Of a stretch of DNA of 64,000 nucleotides, positions 8,621 to 18,468 are shown piece after piece. The stretch is from an uncultured bacterium (lineage in GTDB: Bacteria; Bacteroidota; Ignavibacteria; Kapaibacteriales; UBA4661), in NCBI GenBank assembly GCA_937899715.1, contig CALCNX010000034.1:2339-66338 (forward strand). The letters are read 5' to 3'. Numbering within the stretch: the first letter of the stretch is position 1; each line of letters begins with the position of its first letter. The translations under genes were made by a program, and so were the position numbers. The notes under the pieces are model-generated. The model did no database searches and was not told the origin of the DNA. It worked only from the letters and a program-made list of their open reading frames with translations.

Positions 8621-9262
8621 TTAAAACCCAATACGAACAAATGCACCAAAAGTAATGGCGAACGCAAAAGGACGTATTATTGGAAGATCTAATGAAAGAA
8701 ATTCATCTGTTGCAAAAGGTGAAGTAAAGCCTTGTCCTTGTAAACGCAATGTAATATCAAGATTTCTAGTAACGGGAACAACATAATCAACTAGTAAGTT
8801 AGCCCCGACTGCATAATCGGCAACATATCTTATTGTTGCATTTTGAGCAAATGGATTCTGTGCGTCAACCGCATATATTGATGATAGTTGTCGCAAAGAT
8901 ACTCCTCCTCCGCATCGTAATTTTTGCTCGGCAGAGCCACTAAGGTTGAATATCAAGTTACTGCTCCCTGTAACACTATGAAAAAGCCTTTTTCTTCCTA
9001 TTGGTCCATCAATCATATAACTATTCCCAAGAAAATTAATGCTTCCTTCAATCTGAAGGATTTCAGATAATTTTCTCTCGTAAAGCATTGAAAATTGTAT
9101 GCCTAGTTTATCAAAAAGCACATCACTATAAGCATAATGAAGCCCAAAACCAAGCTGATTTTCCTTAACTATTGTTGGGTGCGCCCTAACTAGAGAAACA
9201 GTCGTTAATGAAAATATTGATACAAAAATCAATGCTGAAAGACAAGTGTATATGGAATTCAT
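8621..9262 (-). CDS. outer-membrane beta-barrel protein (small porin/OmpW-like architecture)
   Basis: Signal peptide from MNSIYTCLSALIFVSIFSL. Alternating hydrophobic pattern and a terminal aromatic residue (GAFVRIGF). The start is ambiguous: ATG ending 9262 or 9310, while the ORF track start at 9346 is a non-ATG codon. Confidence 0.6.
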   Translation of the reverse strand: MNSIYTCLSALIFVSIFSLTTVSLVRAHPTIVKENQLGFGLHYAYSDVLFDKLGIQFSMLYERKLSEILQIEGSINFLGNSYMIDGPIGRKRLFHSVTGSSNLIFNLSGSAEQKLRCGGGVSLRQLSSIYAVDAQNPFAQNATIRYVADYAVGANLLVDYVVPVTRNLDITLRLQGQGFTSPFATDEFLSLDLPIIRPFAFAITFGAFVRIGF

Positions 9263-9578
9263 AGAAGGAGCTATAAAACTGAGCGTATCAGAAATTTTGA
9301 GAGATGACATAGGCGTAAGTATAAATTGAAATTTCAAAATAATCACAACAAAACGGACTTTGTTGCACGAATATTTATTGTTTGAACATTTTAATTTTCA
9401 ATGTTTTAAACAAAAATTAAAAATTCGTTTACATCTCAACTTCTTTGCGAATCAAGACTGGATATAGGGGTTGCAGATTTTGAAAATTTTTCTAACAACA
9501 CCCCTGTAAGCTATTTTAAAAATTTGCTTTAGAGGCAAGTTATACGCATACAACAACGTCGCAAAAAAGCAGTGATTT

Positions 9579-10283
9579 TTACAATCGCACTCTCAAAAAA
9601 GCACCAATGCTTGCTGAGGCACGCCCCCAATCACTATATTCATGGGTAAAACCAATGAAGGGCAAGGCAAACTGATGGTATTGCAGGCGAGCAATACATT
9701 CGGTATGCTCATTAACCAACAACTGATATTCAAGTTTGGCATTTCCGCCCAGTGCCCAATTATTATAATAATTGGCAAAAATATGTGTACTGTTTGAACC
9801 ATTCACCAAGGATTCAAGACTCGTTATTATAGCAGTAGAATTTCGCAAAGATGAGCCAATGCCAAAAGAAAAATTCTTCAAAATCCCTTCTTGAACCTTA
9901 TATACCCAAGTAGCATCAACTGTCCATGAAGTTTGGACTGCCATTGTACCGACACCGTTTAGCAACAACCCGGAATTAAAAATTCTACCCGCAAGATAAT
10001 GAAGCGCGAGTTCAAGACCGTGTTCCTTCGTAAAAATACGACCATAAAGAGCGGAAATCATCGGTTCAGGGCGACCAAATGAGGCATCACCAGCAGCATA
10101 ACTAATACCTATACCGACATAACCATACTGGCAGGTACTATCACTTAGAATAACTTTGCTCTCCTCTCGGATATTTTCCAGATTGATATTATTTGATTGT
10201 ATATTTTCTTGTGCATTTATTTGGGTAGAAACACCTATGAATAAGAAGCCGACACAGATTAGTTTTTCAATTCTACTTATCAT
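9579..10283 (-). CDS. outer-membrane beta-barrel protein, paralog-like of the 8621 gene
   Basis: Signal peptide MISRIEKLICVGFLFIGVSTQINAQ. Beta-strand-like alternation. C-terminus IGAFLRVRL matches the GAFxRx motif of its neighbour. Confidence 0.6.
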   Translation of the reverse strand: MISRIEKLICVGFLFIGVSTQINAQENIQSNNINLENIREESKVILSDSTCQYGYVGIGISYAAGDASFGRPEPMISALYGRIFTKEHGLELALHYLAGRIFNSGLLLNGVGTMAVQTSWTVDATWVYKVQEGILKNFSFGIGSSLRNSTAIITSLESLVNGSNSTHIFANYYNNWALGGNAKLEYQLLVNEHTECIARLQYHQFALPFIGFTHEYSDWGRASASIGAFLRVRL

Positions 10284-10387
10284 TTTAGATCCTTTAAATT
10301 AAAGCCCATTCTTCCGGTTCGTTGAGTTTATTGAACCTTGAATTCAAATTCAGTTAAACCGAAAAAATGGGCATCTCTAAATCTGAG

Positions 10388-11665
10388 TTATAGGAAAGTG
10401 TATTCTGCTGCTAAAACTTTTCCCCACTGACCTAATCCAAACGTACCGAGATTGAACTGCAAATCTGTATTTAATCCTGTATTTGTAAACGCCGAAAAGC
10501 CATGCTGTCCTTGATGATCATCAAATCCATCTAAACCATCATCCTCATAGTATACAAACCACAAAGTTTGACTGTAAAATCCTTGATAATAGTTGTTCGA
10601 GTTCACAGAATGGAGGTTATAAGGAGTCCCTAAAGTGAAGCGTAATGTACCCGATGTTTGATCCGTACTTCCCACAAAATAAGTCCCTCCCTGTCGAGTC
10701 AGCAAATCACTTCCAACCTGGGCATTCCAGAGAGCGATGTAATAACGATACTCATATTCTGGTCCCCCATCCCAAGGTAACTCATCATGAGCAAGATCTG
10801 TAAATTCCACCCACTGAACCCTGACCATATCAAAGCCCTGCCCCTGATTGGTTAAACGTCCGCCTTTCTTGGGAGTTTGATTAAGTAAATTGATTTCTGC
10901 TTTAGAGGCGTTTTTTTCGATACTGCTGTTGGAAGATTTTGCAATAACATTTACTTTGGTCTTGCCACTAATTTCACTACGCTCATTGACCGCAACTACC
11001 AGTATCGGGCGCTTCTTCGCAAGTTCACCCTTACGATCAAGCTCAAAACGATTTCCTTTGCTATCAAATGCAGGAATACTTTGACGTGTATCAGGGTCAA
11101 CATCCCACGGTACAAATGCTACAAGTGGCGTGGCTTTCTTATCCCACGTTGAGGGATACATCCAGAAAAGATGTAACGGCGCATTGACCAATTTTTCAAA
11201 CTTCTTGATAGCAGCATCCACATTCCCAACACCTTTGACAATCGTATTTTTGCGCCCCTTGCTTACAAGGTCATCAATACGCTTATTCCAGCCGCCTTTT
11301 GAACGAACGTCACCGTCGCTCTCAAGCTGTTGCCAGAGTACATTTGTCTCGCCGTCGAATTTCTCCATGCACTTCGCATAGATACGGTCACGAAGAGATT
11401 TATCTTCCACTGCCACGGCAACCGCTTCGGCGATTTCTTCCAGCCCGGCAGACATTTCTTTCACTTGCGGCTTCGCAAGAAACTCTCGCTTTTGCGCTTC
11501 ACGATCATCTGCCGTCAGTTCACTAGTCTGCATACCTTTACCTACGCTGACATTAGCTGTTTCCGCTTCGGGCGCAATCGTTTTTGCGACTTGCCCGGCT
11601 TCATTACAAGCCACCGCCAAACCACTCATCACAACACCAAATGCGAAGGCTTTTGCCGCCTTCAT
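10388..11665 (-). CDS. hypothetical lipoprotein
   Basis: Start set at ATG ending 11665 (MKAAKAFAFGVVMSGLAVAC, lipobox-like LAVAC). No catalytic motif recognised. Confidence 0.6.
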   Translation of the reverse strand: MKAAKAFAFGVVMSGLAVACNEAGQVAKTIAPEAETANVSVGKGMQTSELTADDREAQKREFLAKPQVKEMSAGLEEIAEAVAVAVEDKSLRDRIYAKCMEKFDGETNVLWQQLESDGDVRSKGGWNKRIDDLVSKGRKNTIVKGVGNVDAAIKKFEKLVNAPLHLFWMYPSTWDKKATPLVAFVPWDVDPDTRQSIPAFDSKGNRFELDRKGELAKKRPILVVAVNERSEISGKTKVNVIAKSSNSSIEKNASKAEINLLNQTPKKGGRLTNQGQGFDMVRVQWVEFTDLAHDELPWDGGPEYEYRYYIALWNAQVGSDLLTRQGGTYFVGSTDQTSGTLRFTLGTPYNLHSVNSNNYYQGFYSQTLWFVYYEDDGLDGFDDHQGQHGFSAFTNTGLNTDLQFNLGTFGLGQWGKVLAAEYTFL

Positions 11666-11878
11666 CCTAAAAAATTGCATATACTCTCCAAAAAAAGTGT
11701 GAAAGAAGCGCCCGCCTCTCTTCACCTGTGTACTACGTTTTGCGTATATTGCAAGCGGATTTGGCTACCAAACTTTATCCGCTTGCCTGCTTTTCCGTCA
11801 GCACTTGTGCGGGCGTGGAAAGCGGGCTTTATTGTAAGCGCCAATATACCCTCATGCCGATTTTGTTCCAAGAATGAC

Positions 11879-11912
11879 TGAGAATTCGGTAGGTTCGATT
11901 GAGAATTCGGTA
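11879..11912. promoter_or_regulatory. two 13-bp direct repeats with 21-bp phasing in a divergent intergenic region
   Basis: TGAGAATTCGGTA occurs at 11879-11891 and at 11900-11912. Confidence 0.5.
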
Positions 11913-12121
11913 TGCTAAGAAAACAGCACTTGCTCAAATACGTTGCGATTGCCGATTTTCTCCGTATTCTGTTTGTTTGGTGTAAATTTCGTATCTTTCA
12001 GTTCTTGTGGATACAGTGTCGGCGCTCTCGGCTCGTTCAAGACAATAGCCGTTGAAGGCATTGTACCGAAATTTCTTCCATTAGCACTCGTACTTACATT
12101 TGAAATTCAAGGGATACTATT

Positions 12122-12922
12122 GTGGCAATTTTCCGACTGACCGACTCTCAACCTGTTGTGTTTCTTATTCCTGACGACACCGACGAGCGAAGTGCGGCTG
12201 CGCTTGCAGGGCTGTTGGCAGAAAAAAATGTCCCATTTCATATCTTTGCCGATGAATACGACGAAGATTTATTACCGTTTGAAAACTACATTCTGGACGA
12301 CATTGCTTCTTCGCCCTCGCCACCACATCTGGTCATTGATTGCTCTCTGACCCCAATTCCTACACCGAACCCATTTCTCATGGATGCGATGGCGGCGTAC
12401 CCCAATCTTACGCTGCTTTCCGCCACCCCGAACTTCACCGCCTCTCAGCTTTCTGCACTTCTCGGCATTCCGAATATTGCCCGTGTGAATTTCTTACCCG
12501 GCTTTTTTCCTTCGGTCAAAACGCTGGAATTTTGCCATTCGCTTTCGATGAGCAGAGAAGCGCTCTTGCAAACGGATAAATTTTTGGGTGGCTTGGGACT
12601 GCATTTGGAAAAAATTGAAGATATCGTTGGTTTTGTAGCGCCGCGCATAGTGGCGATGCTGGCAAATGAAGCGGCTTTTGCCGTGATGGAAAATGTATCG
12701 AGTGCAGCAGAAATAGATGAGGCAATGCGGCTTGGCACAAACTACCCGAAAGGACCTCTCGAATGGGCGGATGAAATTGGCTTAGATACCGTTGTGATGC
12801 TTCTCGACGCACTCTTTAACGAATACAAGCAAGAGCGCTATCGTGCGTGCAGGCTGCTGAGACAATATGCTTCTGCGGGCTGGACGGGTCTGCAAGCAGA
12901 AAAGGGTTTTTATGCGTATTGA
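12122..12922 (+). CDS. 3-hydroxyacyl-CoA dehydrogenase family protein with degenerate N-terminal half
   Basis: GTG start. C-terminal half reads FVAPRIVAMLANEAAFAVMENVSSAAEIDEAMRLGTNYPKGPLEWADEIGLD, typical of the HBD C-terminal domain. No GxGxxG motif in the N-terminal 150 aa. Confidence 0.65.
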   Translation: MAIFRLTDSQPVVFLIPDDTDERSAAALAGLLAEKNVPFHIFADEYDEDLLPFENYILDDIASSPSPPHLVIDCSLTPIPTPNPFLMDAMAAYPNLTLLSATPNFTASQLSALLGIPNIARVNFLPGFFPSVKTLEFCHSLSMSREALLQTDKFLGGLGLHLEKIEDIVGFVAPRIVAMLANEAAFAVMENVSSAAEIDEAMRLGTNYPKGPLEWADEIGLDTVVMLLDALFNEYKQERYRACRLLRQYASAGWTGLQAEKGFYAY

Positions 12923-13006
12923 CAAAACAAATGCGTAATTTTGAAGGTAGCCAATTTTTCTGCACCACGTTCTACACCACATCAGTTTTTGCAGCACAAG
13001 AGCACA

Positions 13007-13942
13007 ATGAAATACGCCAAAATTTACCTACCGATTCTGCTTCTCATTCTTGCAAAATTGTCATTTGAACAGTTTGCTTTTACGGGCGATTTCGGTTCTG
13101 CCGCAAATCCTATTCGGCTGGCGCTTGTTCCATCGCAGGAGGCAGGAAAAATACTGACCAGTGCCGAAAAGATGATGACCTATCTTCACGATAAAACGGG
13201 TTACCACTTCAAAGCCTCAATGCCGGCAAATTACATTGTCGCCATTGAAGGTTTTGGTACTGCAAAGGTAGATATTGCGATGATAACGACGTTCAGTTAC
13301 ATTCTGGCAAATCAAAAATATGGAGCAACAGCAGCGCTCAAAGTTGTCCGACGCAATGGCGATACGTGTTACGGCGGACAATTTCTGGCACACGCCGAAA
13401 GTGGTATTCGCTCAATACAGGATTTGCAGGGCAAACGAATAGCTTATACCGACCCCGCCTCCGGTTCGGGCTATGTCTTGCCCAAAGCAATGCTTCGTAA
13501 AAACGGTATCAAACCCAGTCAAGAAGTGTTCGCACAACGCCATGATAACGTCGTCATGATGATCTATCAACGCCAAGTTGATGCCGGAGCCGCATACTAC
13601 TCGGCACCGGACAAAAAAAGTGGCGAAATTCAAGACGCACGAGCACTTGTGCTCAAGCAGTACCCCGATGTTGCTGATAAAGTAATAAATATCGGTTATA
13701 CCGATATGATGACCAACGACCCGATTAGTTTCCGCCGCGACTTTCCGCCCGATATGAAAGCTCGTATTGTGCAAGCACTGATTGATTTTGCTAAATCGCC
13801 CGAAGGCAAACCTGTCATGATCAATCTTTATGGCATTGAAGGGCTTCTTCCTGCCACTGATGCTGATTATGACGGACTTCGACAGATGCTAAAAGAACAA
13901 GGTATGGATGTAGAAGACCTTGTACGCAAAACAAAAAAATAA
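13007..13942 (+). CDS. PhnD-family (phosphate/phosphonate-type) periplasmic substrate-binding protein
   Basis: Start at ATG 13007 (MKYAKIYLPILLLIL signal). IRLALVPSQEA...VDIAMITTFSYILA...RIAYTDPASGSGYVLP pattern typical of PhnD-like binding proteins. Confidence 0.6.
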   Translation: MKYAKIYLPILLLILAKLSFEQFAFTGDFGSAANPIRLALVPSQEAGKILTSAEKMMTYLHDKTGYHFKASMPANYIVAIEGFGTAKVDIAMITTFSYILANQKYGATAALKVVRRNGDTCYGGQFLAHAESGIRSIQDLQGKRIAYTDPASGSGYVLPKAMLRKNGIKPSQEVFAQRHDNVVMMIYQRQVDAGAAYYSAPDKKSGEIQDARALVLKQYPDVADKVINIGYTDMMTNDPISFRRDFPPDMKARIVQALIDFAKSPEGKPVMINLYGIEGLLPATDADYDGLRQMLKEQGMDVEDLVRKTKK

Positions 13943-13972
13943 CTTTTACACAAAAGATTTTATTCAAGAACT

Positions 13973-14464
13973 ATGAAAACCGCACCCGCTTTCCGCAATA
14001 GCGCCATAGTGCTTCTTCTTTGGGCAGGAAGCCTTTGCCTCTCCAGCACAAACGCGCACAGCGCACCGATGCACCCGCTCACCGCGAGCCTTCTGCCTGC
14101 GGCGCTCAACACCTACCAAACACTGTCTTTCCGAACGCTCAGACTCTACATTCCGGGCAAGAAACCGCCGCAGGATGTAATGGAATTTAACGGCAAAAGC
14201 GTTGAAGTGATGGGTTTTATGGCTGCACTTACCCAACTTGAGGATATTGACGAGTTCGTCCTTGCCTCTTCGCCACCAATGAACTGCTTTTGCCACCCGC
14301 CACTGCGAGTGAATGAAGTAGTTTTTGTGCAAATGAAAAAAGGTAAATCTACACAGTACAAAGGCGGTGTTGTGAAAGTGCGCGGCAAACTTATCGTCAA
14401 TACCAATGTGGGCGATGAGTTTGCAGACATCATGTACACGATTGAGTGTGAAGAAGTTATCTAA
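13973..14464 (+). CDS. DUF3299-like secreted protein
   Basis: Signal peptide. VEVMGFMAAL...DEFVLASSPPMNCFCHPP...VKVRGKL pattern recalled from DUF3299 proteins. Confidence 0.5.
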   Translation: MKTAPAFRNSAIVLLLWAGSLCLSSTNAHSAPMHPLTASLLPAALNTYQTLSFRTLRLYIPGKKPPQDVMEFNGKSVEVMGFMAALTQLEDIDEFVLASSPPMNCFCHPPLRVNEVVFVQMKKGKSTQYKGGVVKVRGKLIVNTNVGDEFADIMYTIECEEVI

Positions 14465-14523
14465 ATCGCCCCTAATGTACATTCCACACAAACCGCATTA
14501 TTCCTTAATTTTTCGCAGAATCA

Positions 14524-15816
14524 ATGATAGACCGCTATACACGTCCGCAGATGGGCGCAATTTGGAGCGATACCAACAAATATCGTATTTGGCTTGATGT
14601 AGAAATCGCTGCCACCGAAGCCCAAACCGAACTCGGCGTTGTGCCCCGCGAGGCGCTTGAAACCATCAAAGCAAAAGCAAATTTCGACGTGAAGCGCGTT
14701 CTTGAAATTGAAGAAACCACCAAGCACGACGTTATCGCTTTTTTGACTAATGTGGCGGAATACGTCGGTGAGCCGGCACGATATATTCACCTCGGCATGA
14801 CCTCCAGCGACGTTCTGGATACGTGTTTGTCGGTGCAATTAAAACAAGCTGGTGAACTTCTTCTGCAAGCACTTGTGCGACTGAAAGATATTACTGCACG
14901 GCGAGCCGAAGAGTTCAAATACACGCTTTGCATCGGTCGTTCGCACGGTATTCATGCCGAACCGACCACATTCGGATTGAAATTTTTGCTCTGGCACGAG
15001 GAATGTAAGCGCAATATCACGCGCCTTAGCCATGCGATTGATACGATTGGTGTGGCGATGATTAGCGGCGCAGTCGGTACTTACGAACACATTTCCCCAA
15101 AAGTGGAGGAATACGTCGCACAAAAACTCGGCTTGAAGCCCGCTCCCGTCTCAACACAAGTGATACAGCGCGACCGCCACGCAGAGTTTTTATCAGTTCT
15201 GGCAATTATCGGCGCGTCGTTGGAGAAAATTGCTGTGGAAATTCGTCACTTGCAGCGTACCGAAGTATTGGAAGCAGAAGAGTATTTCTCGAAAGGACAA
15301 AAAGGCAGTTCTGCTATGCCGCACAAACGCAATCCAATTGTTTCGGAGCGCATTTGTGGCTTGGCGCGGCTTCTGCGCGGAAACGCTATGGCAGCGCTGG
15401 AAAATGTTGCTCTCTGGCACGAACGCGACATCTCGCACAGCAGCGTGGAGCGCGTCATTTGCCCCGATTCCACGATTGCGCTGGATTATATGCTGCACCT
15501 CATGAATAATTTGCTTGATAATCTCCTCGTGTACCCCGACGCAATGCGCCGCAACCTTGATATTACATGTGGTCTGACGTTTTCGCAAACTGTCTTGCTG
15601 GAACTGGCGCAGCGCGGTGCCTCACGCGAAGATGCCTACGCAATGGTGCAGCGCAATGCCATGCAGACATGGCAAGAACGCAAGCCGTTTCTGGATTATC
15701 TCAAGTCCGACGCAGATATTGCCCGCTATCTGACACACGCCGAATTAGACGAGGTTTGCAATCTTGAAAAATCCACAAAAAATGTGGATGCAATCTTTGC
15801 GCGGTGCGGATTGTAA
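14524..15816 (+). CDS. purB: adenylosuccinate lyase
   Basis: [17 protein letters not shown]-terminus, fumarate-lyase signature region [11 protein letters not shown], and a typical length of 430 aa. Confidence 0.92.
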   Translation: MIDRYTRPQMGAIWSDTNKYRIWLDVEIAATEAQTELGVVPREALETIKAKANFDVKRVLEIEETTKHDVIAFLTNVAEYVGEPARYIHLGMTSSDVLDTCLSVQLKQAGELLLQALVRLKDITARRAEEFKYTLCIGRSHGIHAEPTTFGLKFLLWHEECKRNITRLSHAIDTIGVAMISGAVGTYEHISPKVEEYVAQKLGLKPAPVSTQVIQRDRHAEFLSVLAIIGASLEKIAVEIRHLQRTEVLEAEEYFSKGQKGSSAMPHKRNPIVSERICGLARLLRGNAMAALENVALWHERDISHSSVERVICPDSTIALDYMLHLMNNLLDNLLVYPDAMRRNLDITCGLTFSQTVLLELAQRGASREDAYAMVQRNAMQTWQERKPFLDYLKSDADIARYLTHAELDEVCNLEKSTKNVDAIFARCGL

Positions 15817-15846
15817 AACAGGTTATAGCAAATGCGCACACAATTT

Positions 15847-16737
15847 TTACGCTTTCGCTTTTTGCCGAAAATAGTCTTCAAGCCGCTTCTCGCCATAGCT
15901 CGGCGCTACGCACTCATGCGTGGCAACATACCCCAAGAACTCGACCAAATCTCCTATACGCTTGTTGAACGGCGCGATGAGCGGCTTCATCACACGTGGC
16001 ATAAGCGTTGGAATGTGCATCACGTGGGGCTTTTTGCTCAGTACCGTAAATGCTAACTCTGCAATTTCTTGGCGTGTGAACGTCTCCGGTCCGCCCACGT
16101 TCATTTCCACATTTCCTTGCTTCAAAGCCGCTTCAACGCAGGCTTTGGCAACATCTGCTTCATGAATCGGATTTGTCCGTGCCTTCCCGTTACCGATGAC
16201 CGAAGCAATGCCGCTTTTTGCCATACCCAGAAACTCCAAATTGACGTAGAAAAAACCCGTCGGGCGCACAATGCCATATTCCAAGCCCGATGCCTTCAGA
16301 TGCCGCACCAATGCTTCATGCGCATTGGTGTAGGCAGTGGGCATGGACTCCGCGCCAAATGCTGAAAGATACACAAAACGTCGCACTCCTGAGCGCTTTG
16401 CCTCTTCCAAAAGGTTGATGTTACCTGCAAAATCAACATCCATAAACGACCGTTTATCGCTCATTGCCCGCAAGTCCAGCGAGGCACCAACAGTAGAAAT
16501 GACCGTATGAGCGCCCTCCAAGGCACCACGAAGTGAATCGGCACGTAGAACGTCTGCTTCCGCAATGCGCGGGGAAATTTCCCCACTGTCGGCAGTAGCA
16601 GCTACCTTTAGGTTTGCGGCAAGTTTCGTGCGTGAGCGCGTCAGCAGCGTGAGGGAATAGTTATCCTGAAGTTGTGCCACGAGGTGCTTACCGACAGCAC
16701 CGCCGGCTCCTGCTATTACAATTTTCTGCTCGTTCAT
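15847..16737 (-). CDS. NAD(P)-binding NmrA/SDR-like oxidoreductase
   Basis: N-terminal Rossmann motif KIVIAGAGGAVGKHL and an atypical-SDR-like length of 296 aa. Confidence 0.7.
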   Translation of the reverse strand: MNEQKIVIAGAGGAVGKHLVAQLQDNYSLTLLTRSRTKLAANLKVAATADSGEISPRIAEADVLRADSLRGALEGAHTVISTVGASLDLRAMSDKRSFMDVDFAGNINLLEEAKRSGVRRFVYLSAFGAESMPTAYTNAHEALVRHLKASGLEYGIVRPTGFFYVNLEFLGMAKSGIASVIGNGKARTNPIHEADVAKACVEAALKQGNVEMNVGGPETFTRQEIAELAFTVLSKKPHVMHIPTLMPRVMKPLIAPFNKRIGDLVEFLGYVATHECVAPSYGEKRLEDYFRQKAKA

Positions 16738-16769
16738 GTTTTGAGTCTCCGTAAGGAATGGACAAAATT

Positions 16770-16827
16770 TAGAACAAATGTTCTAATACAAACCTACTAA
16801 AAAATTTAATTTAGAACAAACGTTCTA
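16770..16827. promoter_or_regulatory. two copies of a TAGAAC-N4-GTTCTA palindrome (operator-like)
   Basis: AATTTAGAACAAATGTTCTA has its palindrome at 16770-16785, and AATTTAGAACAAACGTTCTA has its palindrome at 16812-16827. The copies are 42 bp apart, between divergent genes. Confidence 0.6.
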
Positions 16828-16910
16828 CAAAAAAACACTCATGAGAAATAATGCCGAAAATTCTTAACTTGTATCTAACCATCTATGCTTTCTCACATTA
16901 CGATACTTCC

Positions 16911-18287
16911 ATGAAATTGCCTATCAAATCTTGCGTGCTGATTATTATTTTGGCGGTGATAGTTAGTGGATGTTTTTTGTTTCCTACTGATCCACAGCAA
17001 CCTGAATTTGAACCGACAGCTGAGTGGGTAAATTCCACTGGCAGTTACGTCCCTTTAATAATGGATGTTTTTGCTAATGGCAATATTCTGTGTGTTAGTT
17101 ATACAAGTATCGGCATTAACGATATGGCTGTCGTTGATTTCTTTACTCCACAGGGAGTATTACTCAATAGATGGCTTACTGGAGAACGAGGGTATCATGA
17201 TTACTATAACGTAGGCAAACCAGTAAAGGCAATTGTCAACAATAGTACAGGTTTTTGGTCTATTGTTTATGATTTTGAGGTGTCTAGTTTTAGTTACGCA
17301 ACTTCCGTTGCTGGATACATTACTAACCCTTACAGAAAATACAATACATCTAACGGAGAACCTGATTTTAACAATAGCCCTAATGCTCTACAGCCTTCCA
17401 TTGTCCGAGCAGAAAATATCGGCAATTCTTCTACTTGGATGGTGGGGGCATTTACTGATAGTTTTAAGCCTTTTAATGGAGGCATCGGACGCACTGAAAA
17501 TACCTGCACTACCTTCGGCAAAGCAGATTGTTTTGTCGTTCGGTATGACTTTTCTTCTGTACCCGTCCACCACCAATGGGGCGGAGCAGAAAACGATGTT
17601 GCGTACGGCGTTCTGGGCGATAATGACGGCAATGCTACCATCTTCCTCCGTGCAGGCTCCGACTTCGGTATTACTTCCGCTACGCAGTCGCTCGTCCGTA
17701 TGAAAACAGGATATAATGTTGTTAAACTCGACACCAACGGACTGATGCTTTCTACCTATACCGTACCCTTACAAGCGCAAGGCGAAATCTCTCACGTGGA
17801 ATTAGCAACAGCCGGAGGTGATGCTATGTTTATTCTAGCCAAAGATGAAAAACGTGGCGAATACTTTCTGGTAAAGGCTTCTCCCGCAGGAATTGCATGG
17901 ACTCGGTATTTCGGACAACAGGTCTCTACCAAAAGACCACTCGTATTTCGTCAATTTGGTATAGAACAAATACCCTACATGGGCTTAACCAGCGACAGCA
18001 AGGGGAATGCCTATATTACGGGAAACTATTACCATGCAGTAGATTTCGGGGGACGTGTCTTGGATTCTGAGGGACTGCCCGAAATGTTTGTCGCTTCGTA
18101 TTCGGGAACGAATGCTCTGCGTGGTGTAGTGTCGGCATCAAAAGGTTCATCAACGGGTTACACACTTCGCCTGTCGCCGGATGAACAGTCGTTGTATGTG
18201 ACGGGTTGGGGCGAAGGAGAGGTTTTAGGAGTAAAGATTCCTTCGTCTCCTCTTACGTTTTTGGTGAAGTTGAAATTGACGAAGTAA
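16911..18287 (+). CDS. lipoprotein with beta-propeller (SBBP-like) repeats
   Basis: Start at ATG 16911 (MKLPIKSCVLIIILAVIVSGC lipobox). Repeats such as DSKGNAYITGNYY and DNDGNATIFLRAG. Confidence 0.55.
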   Translation: MKLPIKSCVLIIILAVIVSGCFLFPTDPQQPEFEPTAEWVNSTGSYVPLIMDVFANGNILCVSYTSIGINDMAVVDFFTPQGVLLNRWLTGERGYHDYYNVGKPVKAIVNNSTGFWSIVYDFEVSSFSYATSVAGYITNPYRKYNTSNGEPDFNNSPNALQPSIVRAENIGNSSTWMVGAFTDSFKPFNGGIGRTENTCTTFGKADCFVVRYDFSSVPVHHQWGGAENDVAYGVLGDNDGNATIFLRAGSDFGITSATQSLVRMKTGYNVVKLDTNGLMLSTYTVPLQAQGEISHVELATAGGDAMFILAKDEKRGEYFLVKASPAGIAWTRYFGQQVSTKRPLVFRQFGIEQIPYMGLTSDSKGNAYITGNYYHAVDFGGRVLDSEGLPEMFVASYSGTNALRGVVSASKGSSTGYTLRLSPDEQSLYVTGWGEGEVLGVKIPSSPLTFLVKLKLTK

Positions 18288-18468
18288 AGTAGTTACACAT
18301 ACACCTTGCTTGCAACTCCTACCCATACTTCTCCGTCATTGCGAAAGACACGTAAATTGTGTAGTTTCGTACTTTAGTTAGTAGATGACGCGCAAACGAT
18401 ATGTTTGCCCGATCCCCAAGCATTTCTTCTTCACCAACGCATTTCGCTCTCCCTTATTTTTCACTGCC

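Noticed and set aside
11892-11900. GGTTCGATT (T-loop-like) between the two direct repeats, as a possible tRNA fragment or att site
   Set aside because: There is no complementary T-stem or acceptor sequence around it and no integrase nearby, so it is probably a coincidence.
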